From IMG/VR virus record IMGVR_UViG_2740892230_000026: 5,223 bases of DNA. One strand, written 5' to 3'. The position numbers were made by a program, and so were the translations under genes. A model generated the notes under the pieces. That model worked only from the letters and a program-made list of their open reading frames with translations. It ran no database searches and was not told the DNA's origin. Shown here piece by piece: positions 1-5,223 of the stretch (position 1 is the stretch's first letter; every line of letters starts with the position of its first letter). This stretch comes from a virus. Its lineage: Duplodnaviria > Heunggongvirae > Uroviricota > Caudoviricetes.

Positions 1-22
1 TAACACTGTGTTACCTGGCTAA

Positions 23-646
23 TCAGAATTTATAGCCGATACCCACGATGAAGCCGTCAGTGCGCCAGTCGCCACTGGCGGAACCTTCATAAGCAAGGTC
101 AATAACCACCGTCTCTACGGGACTGAACTGAATCCCGGCATTCCAGGCCGGCGACAGATGACGCGCAGTATGGCCATCACTGGCGGTGGTGGTCTCCTTC
201 ACATACCCCGGTTTCACTTCATCACGCCGGTAATCCTGAACACTGTCAGACCAGCGGGTGTACGCCATCCCGGCCATGCCATAGAGACTGACCCGCTCAC
301 TGAGCTGCCAGACAGGGCCGGCCATCAGACTGACATAACGACCGCGCAGGCTTTCATAATGGAAGGTATTTTCACCCGTCTTCATCGTGTCACTTTTCTT
401 CACCGATGCATAACTCAGCGCGACAATGCCGCCCAGGTGATCCGTGAACTCATAACGGTATTTCACATTAATCCCTTTTAAATCACCTGCACGCGCACCG
501 GTACCGGACAATGCCGGTACGCCGCCCGGGTGAACCTGAGCATATCCCACGGAAAATGCACCGTGTCCGCTTTCAGCCTGTGCAGGAAGGGAAATGCCTG
601 TCAGCAGTGCGGTCCAGAATAAAATGGCTCCGTATAAATGTCGCAT
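23..646 (-). CDS. lom: Lom-family outer membrane beta-barrel protein (Ail/Lom/PagC/OmpX family), lambdoid prophage lysogenic-conversion gene
   Basis: Complete 207-aa ORF on the minus strand: ATG at 646..644, TGA at 25..23. A GAGAGG Shine-Dalgarno-like motif sits about 5 nt upstream of the ATG. The N-terminus MRHLYGAILFWTALLTGISLPAQA/ESG looks like a signal peptide with an AxA cleavage site. The C-terminus ends ...DWRTDGFIVGIGYKF, the aromatic terminal residue typical of beta-barrel outer membrane proteins. The motifs NVKYRYEFTD and AYEGSGSGDWRTDGFIVGVGYKF match my recollection of phage lambda Lom, and the gene sits immediately downstream of J as in lambda. Confidence 0.9.
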   Translation of the reverse strand: MRHLYGAILFWTALLTGISLPAQAESGHGAFSVGYAQVHPGGVPALSGTGARAGDLKGINVKYRYEFTDHLGGIVALSYASVKKSDTMKTGENTFHYESLRGRYVSLMAGPVWQLSERVSLYGMAGMAYTRWSDSVQDYRRDEVKPGYVKETTTASDGHTARHLSPAWNAGIQFSPVETVVIDLAYEGSASGDWRTDGFIVGIGYKF

Positions 647-670
647 GATGACCTCTCGTTTTCAGTCAAT

Positions 671-695
671 AAAAAAGGCACCTCCTGAGGTGCCC
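671..695 (-). terminator. Rho-independent terminator downstream of J (analogous in position to lambda tJ)
   Basis: On the minus-strand transcript the sequence is GGCACCU-CAGG-AGGUGCC, a 7-bp GC-rich stem with a 4-nt loop (plus coordinates 677..694), immediately followed by UUUUUU (plus A-run 671..676). It lies 19 nt after the J stop codon (716..714) and before the lom ribosome-binding site. The T-tract is on the minus strand only, so it terminates minus-strand transcription only. Confidence 0.55.
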
Positions 696-713
696 GTCCG
701 GGTTAATAAACCG

Positions 714-2369
714 TCAGCTGATACTGATCCCTGCTGTGGATTTTTTCATGACCACAACCAGTAAATCACTGATGTACGTTGTCGGCGTCCAGTTGTTCGC
801 ACCGGCCGACGACACATTAAACGTCAGGGTGACATGACCCCGCCCTGCCGGCATATCTATCACCGATGAGAACACCCGGCTGACATCCGTTGCCGGTTCA
901 TGGAAAATCTCAACCCCGTTCTTCAGCACCTGCAGCTTACAGGTGGAATACCAGTACGACTGCTGATTCGGGCTGTTGAAATTCTGGTGTTTCGTCCCGC
1001 GAAACAGCACCGGGGGAATGATGATCTGCCGGTCGAAGCCCTGGTCATCGTAAACTGTGACGGTTACCGTCCCGCTGGCATAACTGTTATTCCGGGGAAA
1101 GGCTTTCCCCACCGTCTTCACCAGGTCGCCTTCAATCTGGTTTGCAGACAGTTTCCCTCTGATGACACAGTTCTCGTTAATGGTGACATTATTGAGCGTG
1201 CCGGTATTCGCGGTAATTGCTCCGCTGATATCCGCGTTCCTGGCTGTCAGCTTCCCTTCCGGCGTCAGGGAAAACGTCGGGGGGTTGCCGGATGACGTGA
1301 TACTCACCGCAAACAGTCGTTTCAGGAACACGTCGTNNNNNNNNNNCGGCGTCAGGGAAAATGCCGGAGGATTGCCGGATGACGTGATGCTCACCGCAAA
1401 CAGTCGTTTCAGGAACACGTCGTTCATGAACAGCTGATTCCCCTGCGCCACAAATAACGGCGTGCTGTTGCCGCTCTCCGGATTTATCATCGCGATACGG
1501 TCAGCCAGCAGCAGTATGTTGCTCAGTGGCTGGCCATCAGTATCCTCAATCCCTGCACCAATCCCGGCCACATAGGGTATGCCATTTTTTGTTTTCTGTA
1601 CCTTCAGCATGTAAAGTGCAGCAAGGTCATCATTTGTGTCCTTCTGCACGCGCTGTANNNNNNNNNNAATGCCGTCTTTCGTTTTTTGAACCTTCAGCAT
1701 GTACAGCGCAGCCAGGTCATCATTTGTGTCCTTCTGCACGCGCTGTATCTGCTGTATGGTGGCGCTCTGGTCCTCCAGCGTTTTACTGACCGTCTGTGTG
1801 ATTTCATTGCGGGTTTCGGTGATGGAGGTCTTCATCTCCGCCATCTCATCCGCAAGCTGGCTGTTGTCTATCAGCTCCCACAGCCCCTGAGCCAGATGCA
1901 GTTTTCCTATTTTTTCCCGAAACAGCCCCAGATACCCTTCTGCATCATTGCTGGCCCGGCCACTGGCTTCCACAAAAGCAGATTTCCCCACCAGGTTGAC
2001 GCTGCGCACGTNNNNNNNNNNCGTGATGCTGGTCTTCATCTCCGCCATCTCATCTGCAAGCTGGCTGTTATCTATCAGTTCCCACAACCCCTGAGCCAGA
2101 TGCAGTTTTCCTATTTTTTCCCGGAAAAATTCCAGATACCCTTCACCATCATTGCTGGGCTGCCCGCTGACTTCCACAAACGCAGATTTCCCCACCAGGT
2201 TGACGCTGCGCACGTAAAACCAGAAATCCTTCCCGGGCTTAATGTGCGGGCCGGATACACTCCACTGACTGCCGGTCCCCAGATAACGGGCAGAGGTTTC
2301 CACCTGAGATGTGTCTGCGATTTTTGCCTCCGAAAACCAGAACTCAAACTGTACCGTCGGGTCATACAC
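714..2369 (-). CDS. J: gpJ C-terminal fragment as an ORF caller would see it (part of the J locus, not a separate gene)
   Basis: Six-frame ORF of 551 aa ending at the authentic J stop (716..714). The apparent start at 2369 is an internal GTG; the J frame continues upstream (...[19 protein letters not shown]). It crosses the N runs at 1337..1346, 1658..1667 and 2012..2021 and so contains duplicated peptides, for example [19 protein letters not shown][A/T]FSLTP twice and [14 protein letters not shown]... twice. Confidence 0.6.
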   Translation of the reverse strand: MYDPTVQFEFWFSEAKIADTSQVETSARYLGTGSQWSVSGPHIKPGKDFWFYVRSVNLVGKSAFVEVSGQPSNDGEGYLEFFREKIGKLHLAQGLWELIDNSQLADEMAEMKTSITXXXXVRSVNLVGKSAFVEASGRASNDAEGYLGLFREKIGKLHLAQGLWELIDNSQLADEMAEMKTSITETRNEITQTVSKTLEDQSATIQQIQRVQKDTNDDLAALYMLKVQKTKDGIXXXXQRVQKDTNDDLAALYMLKVQKTKNGIPYVAGIGAGIEDTDGQPLSNILLLADRIAMINPESGNSTPLFVAQGNQLFMNDVFLKRLFAVSITSSGNPPAFSLTPXXXXDVFLKRLFAVSITSSGNPPTFSLTPEGKLTARNADISGAITANTGTLNNVTINENCVIRGKLSANQIEGDLVKTVGKAFPRNNSYASGTVTVTVYDDQGFDRQIIIPPVLFRGTKHQNFNSPNQQSYWYSTCKLQVLKNGVEIFHEPATDVSRVFSSVIDMPAGRGHVTLTFNVSSAGANNWTPTTYISDLLVVVMKKSTAGISIS

Positions 2370-5223
2370 CGCAAGACGCGGGACCGCTGTTATCTGAAAA
2401 TAGCCCGGTGTCAGCTCAATCGTGGCGGGTACCGCAGGTGCATTAATCCTGAACGTGGTGGTGGCCGGTTCCCCCTGCTGGCCATAACTGTTAATCGCCC
2501 TGACTGTCAGGGTGTATTCCCCNNNNNNNNNNCGTTATCTGAAAATAGCCCGGTGTCAGTTCAATGGTGGCGGGTTTTGCTGGCGCGTTAATCCGGAAGG
2601 TGGTGGTGGCCGGTTCGCCCTGCTGGCCATAACTGTTAATTGCCCTGACCGTCAGGGTGTATTCCCCCGGCGGCANNNNNNNNNNGGGCGGCAGACCACT
2701 GAAACGATGCTCTGTATCCGCAGTGATGGCGGTGGTCACCAGACGGCTGTCTTCTCCGCTTCCGCTGGTCAGGCGCAGACTGAAGCGCACACCCTTCANN
2801 NNNNNNNNCGGCGGCAGACCGCTGAAACGGTGCTCTGTATCCGCGGTGATGGCGGTGGTCACCAGACGGCTGTCCTGACCGCTTCCACTGGTCAGGCGCA
2901 GACTGAAGCGCACGCCCTTCACCACCCGCGGCGTGTCCCATTTCGCCTGTGCCAGATACTGACCGTCAGCCGCGCTCACCTCCACCGTGAGGTGCTGCAC
3001 TGCCGGTGGGATGACGCTGTTCAGGGAACCTGACTGCGGCTCAAAGCGGGCACCGTTATCCANNNNNNNNNNATATTCCCCGCTGTCTGCGGTGACTTCG
3101 GCGGTCAGGTGCTGCACCGCTGGAGGGATGACGCTGTTCAGGGTGCCTGACTGCGGCTCAAAGCGGGCACCGTTATCCACGATGGCTTCTTTTTCCGGTA
3201 CGTGCTGCACCGCCGTGATGGCAAAGGTGCCGTCCGTGTTTTCCCGGACGGAGACACAGCGGAACAGGCGACGGCGCAGTGACGGCAGGGAGAGTCCCCA
3301 CACCCCGTATGTCTCCACACCATCAGGCAGGGTACTGACCTGTATCCGGTCCGGCGCGGGGTGTTCGGTGATGTCCACACTCACTGGCTTACCGCTGCCG
3401 TTAATCAGGTTCACCGTGGCGGCACCTGTCTCCGGCAGGGTCACCTCACGGTCCAGTGTCAGGGTGCGGCTGGCGGCATCGATGGACAGGATACGTCCGC
3501 CGGTCATGGTCCCGGCATAGTCGTTANNNNNNNNNNAAGTGTCACTTCACGGTCCAGCGTCAGGGTGCGGGTGGCAGCATCAATGGACAGGACACGTCCG
3601 CCGGTCAGGGTCCCGGCATAGTCGTTANNNNNNNNNNGCTCTGGTCGCCGTCAAAGTGCGCTCCGTTATCCACGATGGCTTCTTTTTCCGGTACGTGCTG
3701 CACCGCCGTGATGGCAAAGGTGCCGTCCGTGTTTTCCCGGACGGAGACACAGCGGAACAGGCGACGGCGCAGTGACGGCAGGGATAGTCCCCATACACCG
3801 TATGTCTCCACACCATCAGGCAGGGTGCTGACCTGTATCCGGTCCGGCGCGGGGTGTGCGGTGATGGCCACACTCACCGGCTTACCGCTGCCGTTAATCA
3901 GGTTCACCGTGGCGGCACCGGTCTCCGGCAGTGTCACCTCACGGTCCAGCGTCAGGGTGCGGCTGGCGGCATCGATGGACAGGACACGTCCGCCGGTCAT
4001 GGTCCCGGCATAGTCGTTATCACAGATTTCAATAATGTCACCGGGTGTGTGACGCAGCCCCTGTGACCCGAGCGTGAAATCCACCGTCTGCGTTTCCAGC
4101 AGTCCGGTCTTTATCACCCACAGCCCGGCACGGTGGGCCTGACCGCGACTGGTGCAACCGAACGCATCCATCTTCAGCAGGTTGCGCCCGTAGCGCAGTA
4201 TGGCTTCCGGGTCTTCCACCANNNNNNNNNNTCGGTCTTTATCACCCACAGTCCGGCACGGTGGGCCTGACCGCGGCTGGTACAGCCGAACGCGTCCATC
4301 TTCAGCAGGTTGCGTCCGTAGCGCAGTATGGCTTCCGGGTCTTCCACCAGTTCCGTGGAGGTCTGCCAGCCGTTCTGCGGGTCGGTGTAATTCACCTCCA
4401 CCGCCGTGTGCCGGTCCTTCAGGGCACTGAAGCTGTAGCGGAATCCCACGCCGTTATCATCCACCACCACATCGCTGTTGGTGTACGGCCACACCACATC
4501 CGACGGGCGGTCCTGAACGAACGTCAGCGTCTGGCCGTTCCATACCGGCATACAGCGCATCGCCGAGCAGAAATCACTGAGAACGTCCCACGCCTTACGC
4601 TGTTGTGACAGGTACGCATTAAAGGTCATCCGCGGCTCTGTGCCCCCGAAACCATCCGGGACCGTCTGGTCGCAGTACTGCCCGATGGCATACAGCGCCC
4701 ACTNNNNNNNNNNCCCTCCGAAGCCGTCCGGGACACGCTGGTCACAGTACTGCCCGATGGCATACAGCGCCCACTTGTNNNNNNNNNNTCCCACACCTTC
4801 ATTGTCAGCCACCACATCACTGTTTGTGTAGGGCCACACCACATCTGACGGACGGTCCTGCACAAACGTCAGCGTCTGCCCGTTCCATACCGGCATACAG
4901 CGCATCGCCGAGCAGAAATCACTGAGAACGTCCCACGCCTTACGCTGTTGTGCCAGGTACGCATTAAAGGTCATCCGCGGCTCGGTCCCCCCGAAACCAT
5001 CTGGGACCGTCTGATCGCAGTACTGCCCGATGGCATACAGCGCCCACTTGTCCACATCCGCGGCCCCCAGGCGTTTTCCCATGCCGTAGCGCGGGTGAGT
5101 CAGCATGTCCCACAGGCACCAGGCCGGGTTGTTGCTGTATGCCGGTTTCAGGCTGCCGTCCCAGATGCCGCTGTACGTGCGTTTTTCCGGGTCATAGTTT
5201 GACGGTACCTGAATGATGCGACC
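714..5223 (-). CDS. J: host specificity protein J / tail tip central fibre (gpJ), 5'-partial (N-terminal part lies beyond the window), interrupted by 12 N10 assembly gaps with redundant overlapping blocks
   Basis: The minus-strand frame is open from the window edge: 5223->5104 translates to [41 protein letters not shown], continuing [44 protein letters not shown]..., which I recognise as the gpJ region that follows the N-terminal portion. Further J-like stretches follow in order down to the TGA at 716..714: ...[16 protein letters not shown]..., ...[34 protein letters not shown]..., ...[29 protein letters not shown]..., ...[18 protein letters not shown]..., ...[15 protein letters not shown].... 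Gene order J then lom matches lambda. The true reading frame is broken and re-entered at the N runs, so a single clean translation cannot be given from this assembly. Confidence 0.88.
2491..3507 (-). CDS. J: gpJ central fragment (artefactual ORF piece of the J locus)
   Basis: Six-frame ORF of 338 aa with J-like sequence ([34 protein letters not shown]..., [14 protein letters not shown]..., [17 protein letters not shown]...). It crosses the N runs at 2523..2532, 2676..2685, 2799..2808 and 3063..3072. Its stop at 2491 is created by the frame shift at the 2523..2532 gap and is not a real gene end. Confidence 0.5.
   Translation of the reverse strand: MTGGRILSIDAASRTLTLDREVTLPETGAATVNLINGSGKPVSVDITEHPAPDRIQVSTLPDGVETYGVWGLSLPSLRRRLFRCVSVRENTDGTFAITAVQHVPEKEAIVDNGARFEPQSGTLNSVIPPAVQHLTAEVTADSGEYXXXXDNGARFEPQSGSLNSVIPPAVQHLTVEVSAADGQYLAQAKWDTPRVVKGVRFSLRLTSGSGQDSRLVTTAITADTEHRFSGLPPXXXXKGVRFSLRLTSGSGEDSRLVTTAITADTEHRFSGLPPXXXXPPGEYTLTVRAINSYGQQGEPATTTFRINAPAKPATIELTPGYFQITXXXXGIHPDSQGD
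3605..4249 (-). CDS. J: gpJ central fragment (artefactual ORF piece of the J locus)
   Basis: Six-frame ORF of 214 aa with J-like sequence ([30 protein letters not shown]..., [40 protein letters not shown]...). It crosses the N runs at 3628..3637 and 4222..4231. Its start and stop are by-products of the gaps. Confidence 0.5.
   Translation of the reverse strand: MGDKDRXXXXVEDPEAILRYGRNLLKMDAFGCTSRGQAHRAGLWVIKTGLLETQTVDFTLGSQGLRHTPGDIIEICDNDYAGTMTGGRVLSIDAASRTLTLDREVTLPETGAATVNLINGSGKPVSVAITAHPAPDRIQVSTLPDGVETYGVWGLSLPSLRRRLFRCVSVRENTDGTFAITAVQHVPEKEAIVDNGAHFDGDQSXXXXTTMPGP
4174..5106 (-). CDS. J: gpJ N-proximal fragment (artefactual ORF piece of the J locus)
   Basis: Six-frame ORF of 310 aa beginning at an internal Met ([14 protein letters not shown]...). 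The authentic frame is open further upstream to the window edge at 5223. It crosses the N runs at 4222..4231, 4704..4713 and 4779..4788, and [13 protein letters not shown][T/R]VPDGFGG appears three times because of redundant blocks. Confidence 0.5.
   Translation of the reverse strand: MLTHPRYGMGKRLGAADVDKWALYAIGQYCDQTVPDGFGGTEPRMTFNAYLAQQRKAWDVLSDFCSAMRCMPVWNGQTLTFVQDRPSDVVWPYTNSDVVADNEGVGXXXXKWALYAIGQYCDQRVPDGFGGXXXXWALYAIGQYCDQTVPDGFGGTEPRMTFNAYLSQQRKAWDVLSDFCSAMRCMPVWNGQTLTFVQDRPSDVVWPYTNSDVVVDDNGVGFRYSFSALKDRHTAVEVNYTDPQNGWQTSTELVEDPEAILRYGRNLLKMDAFGCTSRGQAHRAGLWVIKTXXXXWWKTRKPYCATGATC

Noticed and set aside
664-669. TTGACT -35-like hexamer on the minus strand upstream of lom
   Set aside because: No credible -10 element at appropriate spacing (the sequence there is the Shine-Dalgarno and start region), so a promoter call is not supportable from sequence alone.
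2367-2369. GTG 'start codon' of the 714-2369 ORF as a genuine translation start for a separate C-terminal gene
   Set aside because: The J reading frame is open and J-like immediately upstream (…[14 protein letters not shown] then VYDPTVQF…) and there is no ribosome-binding site. It is an internal Val codon of J.
1686-2591. 301-aa plus-strand ORF, and the other plus-strand ORFs (158-481, 900-1295, 1162-1437, 1526-1789, 1699-1890, 2512-3033, 2657-2878, 2987-3520, 3361-3621, 3456-4013, 3539-3775, 3854-4066, 4200-4430, 4261-4608, 4640-4831, 4948-5202)
   Set aside because: All lie antisense to the well-supported lom and J coding sequences. They have no ribosome-binding site or recognisable protein features, have Arg/Cys/His-rich composition typical of antisense translation of GC-rich coding DNA, and several exist only because they read through N runs and duplicated blocks.
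3138-3873. Minus-strand 80-82 aa Cys-rich ORFs (3138-3380 and 3625-3873, near-identical to each other), plus 2111-2374, 2636-2941 and 4626-4865
   Set aside because: They are out-of-frame overlaps inside J. The two Cys-rich copies are the same sequence seen twice because the underlying J block is present twice in the scaffold. No independent start signals.
1260-4788. Apparent array of direct repeats with regular interruptions, superficially like tandem duplication, a CRISPR-like array or a DGR template/variable-region pair
   Set aside because: Every repeat boundary coincides with a run of exactly 10 N. Repeat units are of unequal length (about 8 to 375 bp) and are simply overlapping pieces of one protein-coding gene. 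There are no spacer-like unique units between constant repeats and no reverse transcriptase or cas genes. Assembly redundancy explains it fully.

Overview
This window is the distal end of a lambdoid (lambda-like, Enterobacteriaceae-type) prophage tail module, with all real genes on the minus strand. The host-specificity / tail-tip gene J (714..5223) runs off the right edge, and is followed downstream by an intrinsic terminator (671..695) and the lysogenic-conversion outer-membrane gene lom (23..646). The J region is not a clean gene: it is cut by 12 runs of exactly 10 N, and on either side of almost every run the same stretch of J appears again as a slightly different allele (overlaps of roughly 8 to 375 bp, a few SNPs each). 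I read this as an unresolved multi-copy repeat, with several near-identical J genes from different prophage copies tiled together by an assembler, not as tandem duplication in one molecule. The six-frame ORFs that cross the N runs are therefore chimeric. No plus-strand gene is supported. I do not see a previously undescribed system here. The points worth a second look are the evidence for at least three J alleles, the divergent C-terminal receptor-binding end of J, and the terminator-insulated lom gene. Comparisons to lambda proteins are from memory, not from a search.
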